From Epithemia pelagica (Eukaryota; Protista; Bacillariophyta): a stretch of 64,000 nucleotides of DNA. Below are positions 21,693 to 32,754 of the stretch, in pieces. The stretch's first letter is position 1. The number at the start of each line of letters is the position of its first letter. The notes under the pieces were generated by a model. That model was not told where the DNA came from. It did no database searches and worked only from the letters and a program-made list of their open reading frames with translations. The position numbers were made by a program, and so were the translations under genes. Location: positions 2,418,001-2,482,000 of the forward strand of contig OX337231.1 in the NCBI GenBank assembly GCA_946965045.2, given 5' to 3'.

Positions 21693-21710
21693 CAGTTGGG
21701 CTCAATAACC
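21693..21710 (-). promoter_or_regulatory. Primer-binding site GGTTATTGAGCCC (internal/half tRNA-iMet type)
   Basis: Directly follows the ...CAACA end of the 5' LTR and resembles the GGTTATGGGCCC-type PBS of copia elements primed by tRNA-Met fragments. Confidence 0.6.
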
Positions 21711-21872
21711 TGTTGAGATACCGTGCAGACAGCGTCAATTCATTGATGAGGAAAAATTATAAGTTATCGTGTTCGTCTAACTACATCGGCCCAGGTCACT
21801 GTCTTTGGTGCTGCGGCCAGTGTCATTGAGTCACGTGTTTCTCCGCGCCGGGCGACATCCGCTTTCCCAACA
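21711..21872 (-). repeat. 5' LTR (162 bp), TG...CA termini
   Basis: Reads TGTTGGGAAAG...ATCTCAACA on the minus strand with terminal TGTTG/CAACA inverted ends, and is flanked by the TSD. Confidence 0.97.
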
Positions 21873-21944
21873 AGGACATAGTATGCATACCACGCTAAAA
21901 TTTTGTTTCAGACTTTTCGGAAATTGTGCTTCGAGCTGTACACC

Positions 21945-22670
21945 ATGGATGCTCCTTCGACTATGGCTCCTCCATCAGCTAATTACATTGGGGCGACAAT
22001 GGAGCAGGCTGACGACGCTGTAATGTCGGATACACAGCCTCAGGAGGAGAAGTCTGCATTTGAGTCTGTGCTTGTCCAATCTTCTCCTGACGAGAACAGG
22101 GTCCAACGTTTGCCATCTGGACGAAAGAAACGAATAGCTGCGAAATCTCTGTTGGTTGACAAATCTCAGGATCAAGAATCTTCGTTAACTGGTGGGCCTC
22201 CACCCACCGTATCGAGCACTGTAAGCACACGCAGCCCCAAACGATCCGTCAGCAAAAGAAAGTCTGTGGCTCCATCGCCTCGAAAGGAATCATCTTCTCC
22301 TACTCCTTCTTCGGTTACATCACCTGTCAAGGCGAAAAAGACTGTCAAGAAAACAACGCCTGCGAAAGCAAAGAAGGAAACGGTGAAGCGGCAGACAAAA
22401 GCTTCCACAGACAAGTCAGCAAGTGATCCAGTGTATGTGGGTGTACCTACGAAATTCCTACGTGAAGAGGGTTGGCCCGAAGGTTGGGTGGAGAGGCAGT
22501 ATGAACGACAAAGCGGAATGACAAAAAGTCGCGTAGACTTCTACTGGTTCCCTCCTTCGACGGACGGAAGAGAGCGGAAACTCCGTAGTATCGTGGAAGT
22601 CAAAAGGTACCTTGGCGTACTTGCAAGGACAGGAAGTGAAGATAAAGCTTTTGCTGCTCGCAAGGGATAA
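21945..22670 (+). CDS. Methyl-CpG-binding-domain (MBD) protein with a basic S/T/K/P-rich N-terminal region
   Basis: C-terminal GWPEGWVERQYERQSG...VDFYWFPP...RKLRSIVEVKRYL is the MBD fold pattern. ATG at 21945. Confidence 0.8.
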   Translation: MDAPSTMAPPSANYIGATMEQADDAVMSDTQPQEEKSAFESVLVQSSPDENRVQRLPSGRKKRIAAKSLLVDKSQDQESSLTGGPPPTVSSTVSTRSPKRSVSKRKSVAPSPRKESSSPTPSSVTSPVKAKKTVKKTTPAKAKKETVKRQTKASTDKSASDPVYVGVPTKFLREEGWPEGWVERQYERQSGMTKSRVDFYWFPPSTDGRERKLRSIVEVKRYLGVLARTGSEDKAFAARKG

Positions 22671-23036
22671 ACCAATTTGAGATGATTAACTGGTCTGGAA
22701 TCTTGGGGATGATGCGTGGTATGTTGCATCTTTGTGGCACGGATACAATGTTTTAGTACCTTGTCAGATCATAGGTAGGAGCATCTAAGGATAATCTAGT
22801 TGCGGTGTCATGAACAAGCTACGAGGCAGAAAATGAGTCTAGGGAAGGAAACCTGCTCCGTTTTCGATTGGTATGTGTCAATCCGGGCTGTGCCGTGCGG
22901 AAAAAGGCTCTTACACGATTGCAAGGTGTGGAGTCTTTTGTTTCTCAGCCTTTTTTTTGTTTTGGGGAGTTTCCCCCTCGGGGTGTGGTTCGTTTTTCCC
23001 CATTTTGATGGTAATGATTGTGTGTATGTTGGTTGG

Positions 23037-23936
23037 TTAGACACCACCACTCAAGAGGGACCATCCGAGTTTGGTTCGAATTTGATCCATGCGTTTTTGA
23101 TTGGAATTGCCATCGGCCACGGGTTGTGTGAGGGGATACACAAAGACGGCCGTCCGACTGGCCGATCGATACAGGACCAAGGAATCTTCCGGACGCAACA
23201 AAAATTCCAAATCGTCCAAGCCGGGTTCCGTGGCCAAGAACTTGGATTGTTCCGGTGTCAAGGGGGAGGGTGGTGCGGATTGTGGTTTCAGTGCGTCGTC
23301 GTCTTGCTTGTCTTGCAACAAGATACTGAGCGCCTGCGGACTGAGCAAGCCCGGTGGTTGTACCGTCGGAACGACGGCATGCAAATAGGTATCCGTCACT
23401 TGCACGATCCGGACCGTCGGCAGGGATTGGACGACTTGGACGAGGGACTGCCAGGCCATTTGCGGATTGCTCGTTTCCGTCAAGTACGACCACGGGGGAC
23501 TGTATCGGGCCGGATTGCGAATGGCGGACGTACTCACACCATTTTCCGTTGCCGCAATCGACGACAAGCGACGGGTCGTTATTGTCGTCGTTGTCGTAGT
23601 TGCGTCGGGCGTGGGGGTGGGAAGCAATTCTCCAAAACACGACACCGTCGTTTTGCTAGGATCGGACCGTGTGATACATCCCTTGCGACCGGCCGATGTG
23701 GCAAAGTCTGTATCGGCCGCCCACGACGATGGAGTGGGCGTCAAGAGTGAAACGGTCGTACCGACCACTCCTGCCCACAAACAGGATCGTCGATCACAAT
23801 TAGAAACAGGGGATTTCAAGGCGCTTGGCGGTGATGGAACTTGTGGTTTTTCGGGGGCCAATCCTTCCAGTCTGAATGGTAACAGAACCAAGAGAATCAG
23901 TGTTTTGGTGAAGGGCATTCGAATCGTCGTCGTCAT
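23037..23936 (-). CDS. DUF1499-like protein, probably plastid/thylakoid-lumen targeted
   Basis: Signal-like N-terminus, RR motif and SWA cleavage. Contains [41 protein letters not shown] and [15 protein letters not shown]. Confidence 0.75.
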   Translation of the reverse strand: MTTTIRMPFTKTLILLVLLPFRLEGLAPEKPQVPSPPSALKSPVSNCDRRSCLWAGVVGTTVSLLTPTPSSWAADTDFATSAGRKGCITRSDPSKTTVSCFGELLPTPTPDATTTTTTITTRRLSSIAATENGVSTSAIRNPARYSPPWSYLTETSNPQMAWQSLVQVVQSLPTVRIVQVTDTYLHAVVPTVQPPGLLSPQALSILLQDKQDDDALKPQSAPPSPLTPEQSKFLATEPGLDDLEFLLRPEDSLVLYRSASRTAVFVYPLTQPVADGNSNQKRMDQIRTKLGWSLLSGGV

Positions 23937-24363
23937 GGTGGATGTAATAGGTAGATGGATTGGCATGTGGATTGTGGATGGATGTGACGTGTTTGCGAGA
24001 GACAAAAGATCTCGGAGAAAGATCCCGTCCGTACGTCATCCGAAGATCTTTGCCTCGTAACGCGACCCATTCGCGTCCTCATTTTGTCGAGCCATCGCCA
24101 CGTGGCGCAGTTCACGCCAAAAACCACACAGAGGAAGCCTCACGTCAATTCAATGGACGTCGTCGGAACACAGTTTCCATCCACAAAATATAAAGGCTTC
24201 TGTCAAACAACAACGCCACACACCTGTGGGTGTTGTTTAGGAAACGACGCATTATCATAATACGCAGTGCCACAACCAAGGTCGTGGATTGTTTCGTGAC
24301 GGGGTCGGCGTTGTTGTTGTTTGTGTATAGTGGAGACCCCAAGATCTCCGGATTGTGCCCGCC

Positions 24364-25704
24364 ATGGAAAATCACGACTTTTCCGACCCCCTTCCCTATC
24401 CACAAGGTTCGATTCAACCCTGTTGGAAGGTACATGTGTATCGTCGAGGTGTCCCGGAACCAGTGGCCAGTTTGGAGGTGCATGCGCAAAGTTTGCCGCC
24501 TCGGTTGGGCAAAAAATCCAAAGTCTTGTGGAAATTACCGGACCGCTTGGAAGATACACCTCACTTTGGTGGATTGGAAAAGGAACGATTGTGGCAATTG
24601 TTTAAACGAGAAAAGAAAAATCGAAGAAAAAGCAACAAGCAGCAACAACCACCGCAACTACCACCACCAACTGCAACCTCCGATGCGGATGCGGCGCCGA
24701 CCTCCTCCTCTCTGGAGAAGGACCCGAAAAAACCACCACGACCACCACAAGAAGTCCAGGAGGAAAGCGACCAGGTGGCGGACAACAACAACGACGACGA
24801 CGACAAGCCGGATTCTCCTTCGTCTTCCTCGGCACTGCCTCCACCTCCTGGATTTGGTAGGGGCCAGGCGTCCCCGCACGACGACCCGAAGGATGAGCCA
24901 GACGGTGCCAACCCACCTAGTCCTGCGGCTACCACTCCTTCCTCTTCCACTGCAACAGCAGCATCTGCTGCTGCACCACCAGGATTATCTTCTCCCGATG
25001 CAGCAGCCTCAGCAGCAACAACAGCTCCGCCTCCACCACCACCACCCCCGGGCCTGTCGTCTCCCCCACCTCCATCCGCACCACCGTCGTCCTCTGGGTT
25101 TGTCTTTGGCTCCTTACAAGGGTCCGATATTGTCACTTTACCCCATCATGTCTTGGCCCAAGTGATTGGTCATGTCTTGGCGCAATTTTTTATTTCGTGC
25201 CTGACCACACCGGGACACTTGGCCCAGTGGTTGGCCAAATACCACGCCAGTGCCTTGAAATTGTTGCTCTTTGGCACGGCCCAAGCCCAAGCCCAAACCC
25301 CGGCCGATCGACAACAACAATGGGAATCCCTCTTGTACAATCCCCATCCCCACCACAACAACAATAATAGCAATACGTCAACGGGAGAATCCTCCTCGCA
25401 ACAAGCCGCAGCTGCGCCACCCATTACGACGACAACGACAACCATGACGCCATGGGATTGTCAAGGATGGGCGGTCCAACCACTGCTTAGTCCACCTCCC
25501 CAATCCTCCTCATTGTTGGAGGGACTGTTGGTGGTCTTAACGGGACGGACCGTCCAACAAGGCGAAGTCTTGACCTATCACTTGACCTTGACCCTCCGTC
25601 CCCTCACCACCACCATGAGTGGTGGTGGTGGTGGAACGCCCTTTCACATTACCAATGAAATTTTGAGCTTGACCCGGGCCACACCACCATCATCATCCTC
25701 ATGA
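24364..25704 (+). CDS. Pro-rich protein with a C-terminal NTF2-like domain
   Basis: Long ORF with poly-Pro. The C-terminal AQFFISCL...WAVQP...LLVVLTGRT...YHLTLTL...FHITNEILSL pattern suggests an NTF2 fold. Confidence 0.5.
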   Translation: MENHDFSDPLPYPQGSIQPCWKVHVYRRGVPEPVASLEVHAQSLPPRLGKKSKVLWKLPDRLEDTPHFGGLEKERLWQLFKREKKNRRKSNKQQQPPQLPPPTATSDADAAPTSSSLEKDPKKPPRPPQEVQEESDQVADNNNDDDDKPDSPSSSSALPPPPGFGRGQASPHDDPKDEPDGANPPSPAATTPSSSTATAASAAAPPGLSSPDAAASAATTAPPPPPPPPGLSSPPPPSAPPSSSGFVFGSLQGSDIVTLPHHVLAQVIGHVLAQFFISCLTTPGHLAQWLAKYHASALKLLLFGTAQAQAQTPADRQQQWESLLYNPHPHHNNNNSNTSTGESSSQQAAAAPPITTTTTTMTPWDCQGWAVQPLLSPPPQSSSLLEGLLVVLTGRTVQQGEVLTYHLTLTLRPLTTTMSGGGGGTPFHITNEILSLTRATPPSSSS

Positions 25705-26709
25705 TCGACTAGCTAACACACGATGCGACAAGGCCCCCAAACGACACGACAACCGCAACAGCCAAAACTGTTGGGACCCTGCCAGCCAGCCACAAATAGG
25801 ACGCCTCGGTTGTGTTCTTGATTTTGTGACCCCCATTGTCGGGAGTGTGTCCTCAATACTATGCATGGACTTGTCGTCCAAACGTCGAGTTTGGTTCATT
25901 CTCGTTGCGGAATTCTATTCTACCGAGAGAGGACGGACCCAAATGGAGTCTTGTTGTTGTTTCGATTATTCCAGTGAGACACACATCCGTACAGAAAACA
26001 CTTTTTTTGCGTCGCGAAACAGTGGGTCCAAAGGTTCAGAGGTTTGCTCCCATGAGAATAATCCACTCTCATGACTCGTTCCAACGCAGCCACACACAAG
26101 AAACAGACACACGTCCAGGGGCTGAATGGGACTGGTGGTACGGTCTCTGGCGTCTCACATACAACTCCATGGCTCTTCGAACGATGAGGATCGAGACGTG
26201 CCGAAATGTCTATTTCTAGGAGTAATCGGAAATAAGAGACCGGAACCAAGATAGTTTTTGGTTTACCATGCATCCCACATAGCTATTCGTCATTCGAGTT
26301 TTGGAAATGCGACCGTTGCTGCGAGATCCTGCGAGCACAGCAGCCACATTACGCGACTGCCGAACGAGAAGGCGGCATCTGTCCGGAAGCAGCCGAGTTC
26401 TGTTCTGTCAACCAAAAAATGGGAACAACCGAAAAACAGAACTTTTGGTTTGACGTCATGATGTGTTGTTGTCTCTGATTGCAAACAAGATTGCGTTGTT
26501 CTCTCTCTTGCCTAATCTAACAAAAGAGAAGAAAAACAGAGAGCTTCCCCCTTCCTACGACGACACCGACAAAAACAACCGAGAGAAAGAGAGAGAGAGC
26601 GACGGGCTATCAATTTGCAATCAAGCGCCCATTGTTTCTCCATTCTGCAGTGTTCGAGGTGGTGAAACTTTTACCAACAACGAGCAACCATAGCCGACGA
26701 GAGCAAAAT

Positions 26710-28476
26710 ATGGCCACCATTCGACTTTCCTCCACAACGTCGTCCTTGTCCTGGACGACAGGCAAGTTTCGTCCCGTATCCTATCAGGTCTACCGCACGG
26801 TTCGACACAGTCTTGTTGGCCGCCACGGCCCAAAGCCTTGTTGGGATGGTCGTTCCTTGCCACCAAGAACCTTGAATCATTCCTTTTCCTCCTTGTCCGT
26901 GTCGTGTCGTCGTCCGGATGACACCAGGAGAACATCATCCAGAGCAGGCTCGCTTCACGGCGGTACCAATCCTACAAGGTCCACATCGTATGATTCTATT
27001 CCACCACAACGAGCACGCTGCAAAAGTTCGGTCGCCTTGGCGGTGGACGACGACGAGTCGGAACGTGGTAACAACAGCAACAATGACCATGACCCTAATA
27101 CAACAGTCGTTCCCTTTTTGTTGGCCGACATTGGAGAAGGCATTCGAGAAGTGCAAGTCTTGCAATGGCATGTCTCTGTGGGCGATACGGTCCAAGAATT
27201 TGATACCATTTGTCAAGTCCAATCGGACAAGGCGACGGTCGACATTACCAGTCGCTATGCCGGAACCATTGTCGACATGGCCGCCGATTCCACCATTTTG
27301 GTTGGACAACCCCTGGTTCATATTGCCACGACCAAACACAACAATGACAACAAGGACGACAGGGCCCTGGAACATGCACCGACTCCCGAAACACCTGTTG
27401 CCCCGTCCCGGTCACCCACTTCCCAACAACCACAAAATGAGCATGTCGAGACTCCGCGATCGGATGGAAACAACCAAAAGTACTTGGCCAGTCCAGCGGT
27501 GCGCAAATTGGCGGCCGATCATGGCATTGATCCAACCACCCTCACCGGAACGGGTCCCCATGGACGCGTCCTCAAAGGAGATGTCTTGCACTATATATCA
27601 GCAGGAGCAGCGACAGCCAACGCCACCACAACCGCTCCCGTGCCCAACTCCATCCAGGAAAATGACAACGACAACAACAATGGCCAACGCATTGTGACAC
27701 TTTCGGGATACAATCGTTCCATGGTCCAAAGCATGACGGATTCCTTACAAATTCCACACATGGCCTTGGGCGATGAAATTGTCGTCGATAAGCTTTTGCA
27801 GTTTCGTCAGGAATGGAATGCTCACGTGGCCGCACAACCACCACAACCACAATCGTCGCACGGCCCGGAAACGACTCCTTCCACCCCAATGACCAAGTTG
27901 GGCTTGCAAACCCTCTTGGTCAAGGCGTGTAGTTTGGCCCTGACCGAGTTTCCCGCCGTCAATACCAAGGTCCACAATGCCGCCGACTGTCAAGTTTGTT
28001 ATCACGACCATCACGATATTGGCGTCGCCATGGATACTCCCCATGGTTTGGTGGTGCCCGTGATTCGCAGTGTCGAACTGAAGAGTTTGCTGCAACTCCA
28101 ACACGAAGTGGATCGTCTCAAAACAGCCGCCGCCACGGGTCGCACCGCCTTGTCCGATTTGAGTCCATCGCCCACCTTTACCTTGAGTAACATTGGGGCC
28201 ATTGGCGTTGGGACCCACATGTCGCCCGTATTGGTCCCACCCCTTGTGGCCATGGGAGCCTTGGGACGGATTCACAAAGTACCACGGTATCCTTCGTCGT
28301 CCATGTCCATGGACCATGCGACCGTGGAGGAAGAACAGCCGGTTCCGACCAATGTCTTGTATGTGAGTTGGGTGGCCGATCATCGATTCTTGGATGGAGC
28401 CACCTTGGCACGCTTTCATCAAGCCTTTGCGCGATATGCCTCCAATCCACTCCTCATGCTTCCCCAACTCAAATAA
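26710..28476 (+). CDS. DBT: Branched-chain 2-oxoacid dehydrogenase E2 (dihydrolipoamide acyltransferase), mitochondrial
   Basis: Lipoyl domain DIGEGI...VQSDKA; E3-binding ASPAVRKLA...GTGPHGRVLKGD; catalytic DHRFLDGA; R/S-rich transit peptide. Confidence 0.9.
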   Translation: MATIRLSSTTSSLSWTTGKFRPVSYQVYRTVRHSLVGRHGPKPCWDGRSLPPRTLNHSFSSLSVSCRRPDDTRRTSSRAGSLHGGTNPTRSTSYDSIPPQRARCKSSVALAVDDDESERGNNSNNDHDPNTTVVPFLLADIGEGIREVQVLQWHVSVGDTVQEFDTICQVQSDKATVDITSRYAGTIVDMAADSTILVGQPLVHIATTKHNNDNKDDRALEHAPTPETPVAPSRSPTSQQPQNEHVETPRSDGNNQKYLASPAVRKLAADHGIDPTTLTGTGPHGRVLKGDVLHYISAGAATANATTTAPVPNSIQENDNDNNNGQRIVTLSGYNRSMVQSMTDSLQIPHMALGDEIVVDKLLQFRQEWNAHVAAQPPQPQSSHGPETTPSTPMTKLGLQTLLVKACSLALTEFPAVNTKVHNAADCQVCYHDHHDIGVAMDTPHGLVVPVIRSVELKSLLQLQHEVDRLKTAAATGRTALSDLSPSPTFTLSNIGAIGVGTHMSPVLVPPLVAMGALGRIHKVPRYPSSSMSMDHATVEEEQPVPTNVLYVSWVADHRFLDGATLARFHQAFARYASNPLLMLPQLK

Positions 28477-29099
28477 TAATAACGACACAGCATCCATCCA
28501 GGAGAACTAACACGAGAACACTCCAAACACAGGACAACAAGAATCAACGATGGGACAGACGATGCAGGGGTTGAGCGATTCGGGTAGGTGCCGCAGTCAC
28601 CAGAGAAATCTCAACCACACAAAACGCGCTATTATCACCAAATACAACAGTCCGCACTCAAATGAAGAAGATACTCACAAGCACAAAAAAGCTCATTGTT
28701 TGTTCAACACCACACAAGTCATTCCAGTCAAAGAAGGGATCCCCAGCTAACATCTAAACATAGAATTTCATTGTTGAAAACAAAACGCCCGACAAATCAT
28801 TCAAGTCTACGATCCGAACTAGAACTTTATTGTTGAATGAAAAACCCCGACAAGGACGTGATACTCCTCCCTTGCCGCAACTGGAACTGTTGGTCAAAAC
28901 CACATGGGTCGTCTTGCCGCGTTGTTGTGCTACCGAGAGTTTGCAATCTCATCCAACGTTTCTCCCCACGGAACCATCAAATTCTCAGTCTCAAACAGGA
29001 ACGTAAAAAAGGTGTTGTGTATCTTTGGAGAAAGTGGACGGCTTGGAGTTATTGTGGGTCACCACAAGCCAAACCAAAGTACCTCCTCCTTATTGCTCG

Positions 29100-30742
29100 T
29101 CACACTACTTGGGAGCGAAACCACGGCGATTGGACCAAGTCGGGGTGTTGCAGCATGTGCTGGTAAATATGCGTACACCACAAGGCTTCCACACGGTTCC
29201 ACCAGCAACCATCACGATCCGTTTTCGTATCATGGTGATTGTCCCAATTCGTGGGATCTACCGTCAACGAACTAGACGTCGTCGTCGTCATGGCTCGACG
29301 AGCTTGTTGACGGGCTCGTTCGAGCGTCTCCCAGGAACCCGTATCGGCAAATCGCATTGTTTCCACCGACACGACACAGGGTCTTGATGTTCTTCCACAC
29401 ACTCCTCCCACCACTACCAATCGATTCCCCCAAATCACCATACAACACGAAGATCGTGGTTCCGAAAGAGGAGGAAGGTTCCAGGACCACGAGGATGGTC
29501 GTAATGGTGATGATGATGAGGAGGAGGATGATAAAACTGTCGACGACAGGGTTGACGCCTGTTTGCCGTTCCAAGTATGCGGCAATGGAGGACGGACAAC
29601 TTCGACCGACGACAAGGACTGCAACCGAGCCGGTCGTCCTCCTTGTCCGGGACAAATCTCCAACCCTCCGGCCACCACCAGACAAGAAGAAGACGAGGAG
29701 GATCCCAGAGCTGCGACGCCATGCCGAATCCGTCCCGTGGACAATTTCCAATCCCTTCTCCGTTCCCATGTACCACATTTCAGGGCCTCCAAAAGCTGTA
29801 CCGATGGGTCGTCGATGGAGTTGCCGTTGCCGTAGTGTCACTCGTATTGTTTTGGGTTTTGTTGTCGTTGTCGGGATCATCAAAGGTGAAACAATCCATG
29901 GTATTCCATGCCTCGTCGGGTTGCGGCATTCTTCCCGTACTGGTACCTCCCACCACCACAATGTGAGTTCCTCCTCCCACAACAGCTGCTCCCAACCATT
30001 GTCGGGGCAGTGGCATGACCGGTCCCGCCGTTACCGTGACGGAAGCATGATGTGACCCCGTCACATGGACAAGATCGACTGTGTTTAAAATGTGGGTACT
30101 GTACGAGTCTCGGACACTGCCACCCAAGACAACAATCACCTCATTTCGAACCACAACCGCGGCAGCATCTCTCCGAATGGTACTCAAACGACCATCCAAA
30201 ATGGTCCACAATGATGATGATGATGATGATGATGATGAGGGGTTCTTGGTCACAGCTGGTTTGGTGGATGGTGACAATGGTGATGATGATGTGGTGGTCG
30301 TCGTGGACGAGACATGTTCCAGCAGAGTGGCAACCGACAGTCGGACGATTGTCGTATCTCGTTGGAAGGATACCCAGGTGTGATTGGCACATTTTCCTCC
30401 CACAACATAAATGAATCCATTGCAAACAACGGCACAATGATCGATTCGACCTCCTTGGGGAAGATTGGGTCCTACGGTCCATGTCTTGTCGTCATGCCAG
30501 ATCCAGACTCGTTCCGGGTGGTCCTTGCCGCCTCCCACGACCACCAAGGTAGAATCGTCCAGGGCCACCACACTGGCAGGAGACGCGACTTCTTGGGGTA
30601 GAGTAGGTAAGGTTTCGGAGGGACACGTTTGTTCGTTGGTCCACTCTGTGAGGGATTCAAAGGCAAGGTTGGATTTGTGCGATTGCTCCATTCTATGTTT
30701 CATGACATTGTCTGCAACAGTGGTCTCGTCTGGACTCGTCAT
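29100..30742 (-). CDS. Kelch-repeat protein split by an apparent -1 frameshift near 29790-29835
   Basis: Repeated VVVGG / YVVGG / VVLGG / VVAGG motifs with W...P.L...R spacing occur in both ORFs (29780..30742 and 29100..29792). Confidence 0.75.
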
Positions 30743-31044
30743 GTTTTCTGGAAGTTCTTCCCTCTATACAACGCTCATGTGTGGATGATCGATTCAAGCT
30801 TCCTTTGGGGGATGATGGCATCTTCACAGAATAGTCATGGTCGGTCTCGGATTCTGATTCGGATGCATGTCAAAAGTCTGATGTCTCCCGGCAGTCGCAC
30901 AGATGTCTCGGATTTGTATGCAAACCACAAAATTCTATCAGGGCTATCTGTACTCCTAACAGATATACGACCATAGGCACTTTTGTTTTCAGATTTCAGA
31001 TTTCTAAAGCAGTAACAAACGGCCCTCCTCCTCTCTCCTCCTCT

Positions 31045-31400
31045 ATACAAAATCGTGTTTCTTCAATGTTGCTCTTGACCATGATATCCCTCTTGTTCCG
31101 TTTGTTCCGTTTGTAGCGCGATTCCTTCTTGCTGCGCTTCCTTCTAGGATTAACTATTATTAGGTAGGTACTTGTGGATCGAGCAGAGTATTCCGGTCGT
31201 CCTGGATCGTCGTCATCGTATTGTACACGAATCAAAGGGATCCAAAGGTTTGCCCAACAATTGCCGTGCATTGGGCCATTGCCAATTGTTATCCAAAGGG
31301 GTAAAGACGGTACTGGTTCCACACGTTGTCCGGCAATGGCTGTTCGTCCCATACACGACGAATGCACGGCCTTTTCGGATTTTTTCTTTCCCGAATGACA
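31045..31400 (-). pseudogene. Degenerate copy of the 3' end of the DEAD-box helicase gene (36917-37243)
   Basis: Shared blocks TCTTCAAT.TTGCTCTTGACCATGATATCCCTCT, ACGAATCAAAGGGATCCAA.GGTTTG and AAAGACGGTACTGGTTCCAC, with indels and no intact ORF. Confidence 0.85.
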
Positions 31401-31734
31401 TTCTAGTTTGGATATCCCGCTTTGACTTGAATGATGATTGTTTGTTTTCTACAATGAAATTCTAGTTTTACTTGTCGGGGATCCCTTCTTTGACTTGTGT
31501 AGTATCCGTTGGAACACCAAATGAGCTTTCGTGCGTGTCTCTATCTGTCTCCTCTCTGAGCGGCCACTCCTTTGGTTCCCCGCGCGCTCTCTGGGGGATG
31601 CCTCACCACCATTTCGGTAGAAGAAGTTGTGGCCTCTACGACGTTTCTACCTAGTCACGAATACTTGTTCCAGAGTACCACTCCTCGGCATCCCCACCAC
31701 CCCCGTATCTATCGAGTCGTCTCCACCTACCTCT

Positions 31735-32754
31735 CTAGGAGGAGGCGGCAACGACCGTGTCGCGCACGACATCATCTTGCGATTTGCGGTTCGTGACACG
31801 AATTTCTTCTTCTTCGAGAATCCAGTCCTCCTGGGAGAGGGTCCCTTCGCGGTGACGCCACTTGCGAGCCATGTTGCCGCGCAGCTGTCCCACACAAATG
31901 CCACCCAAGTACTGACGCGGTTCCGCATCCCGTACGACGGGTTCCAAGGCCGTGTCGGCCTGTTTGGGCGCACAAAAGAGAATGGACGAGAAGCGACTGG
32001 TATCGTGCGTCACGCGATGCAGGGCGGCGGGAATGCGAGCATTGGACCGAATCTGCGTACACCAACCAAAGAGCAACAGGGCACTGTTGGGGTGGGTCGG
32101 AGGAACCACGTCCATCCACTGCGGGTTGTCGTCGTTGGGACGACGGACTTGCAAACCCGGGGAGGTGCGAAAAATGAGGGTAAAGGTTCCAAAGTCCCGG
32201 TGTTCTCCGCAGCGGGGCGGGGCGGCGGCAGCAGCCGCCGAGTGGTGGGAGCGTTGCTGGTAATAGTCGACCATGCGGTAGTTAAAGGCATAATCCTGGA
32301 GCACGTCCTCGCTGCCCGTCGCTTGCGCCACGGCCTGGAGAATCTTGACTCCGACCGTTTCTTGCAGCGTCTTCCAAAAGTCCAGGTTCTGGGCCAGAGA
32401 CTGCGTGAGAACCGCATACAACTCGGGATCGGCCTGTTGAATGGCCTCGAGACGTTCGGGAGAGAGATCCAAGACTCGTTTCAAGTCCACAGTGGGTCCA
32501 CCATGGCCCGCCGCAAAGGAATCCTTGTAGACCAGGTTCTTGGGGTACGCTTGATTGATCCGCTCCGGGTACGACGACGAGTGCATTGTTCCTGCTTGTT
32601 GCGAGAGAAAATCAAAGGCCGAGGCGAGCTCGGCAAGGTCGGGAGCTTGAGGAAGATCCTGGACCAGGAGGATGCCATCCTTGGCAGTTTCAATGGCCTC
32701 GGCGAGTGTCGAGAGGGACGAACGGAACGAAACGCAAGGGGGTGAGAGCTTCAT
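31735..32754 (-). CDS. 2-oxoglutarate/Fe(II) dioxygenase (IPNS/DIOX-like)
   Basis: RCGEHRDFGTFTL (HxD), GLQV, AALHRV (distal His) and RFSSILF (RxS). Confidence 0.85.
   Translation of the reverse strand: MKLSPPCVSFRSSLSTLAEAIETAKDGILLVQDLPQAPDLAELASAFDFLSQQAGTMHSSSYPERINQAYPKNLVYKDSFAAGHGGPTVDLKRVLDLSPERLEAIQQADPELYAVLTQSLAQNLDFWKTLQETVGVKILQAVAQATGSEDVLQDYAFNYRMVDYYQQRSHHSAAAAAAPPRCGEHRDFGTFTLIFRTSPGLQVRRPNDDNPQWMDVVPPTHPNSALLLFGWCTQIRSNARIPAALHRVTHDTSRFSSILFCAPKQADTALEPVVRDAEPRQYLGGICVGQLRGNMARKWRHREGTLSQEDWILEEEEIRVTNRKSQDDVVRDTVVAASS

Larger units (their letters stand above)
15051..21872 (-). mobile_element. Full-length Ty1/copia LTR retrotransposon (diatom CoDi-like), 6822 bp
   Basis: Two near-identical LTRs, a 5-bp TSD AGGAC (15046-15050 and 21873-21877), a PBS after the 5' LTR, a PPT (GAACCAGGGGGG) before the 3' LTR, and a single gag-pol ORF in copia order PR-IN-RT-RH. 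Confidence 0.98.

Noticed and set aside
25850-26300. GT-AG-bounded segments hinting at a small spliced minus-strand gene, including a TG|A junction that could be read as Sec
   Set aside because: No convincing reading frame, homology or SECIS could be assembled.
30212-30238. (GAT)n microsatellite, and the acidic tract at 63415-63465
   Set aside because: Ordinary coding low-complexity runs (poly-Ser, poly-Asp/Glu).
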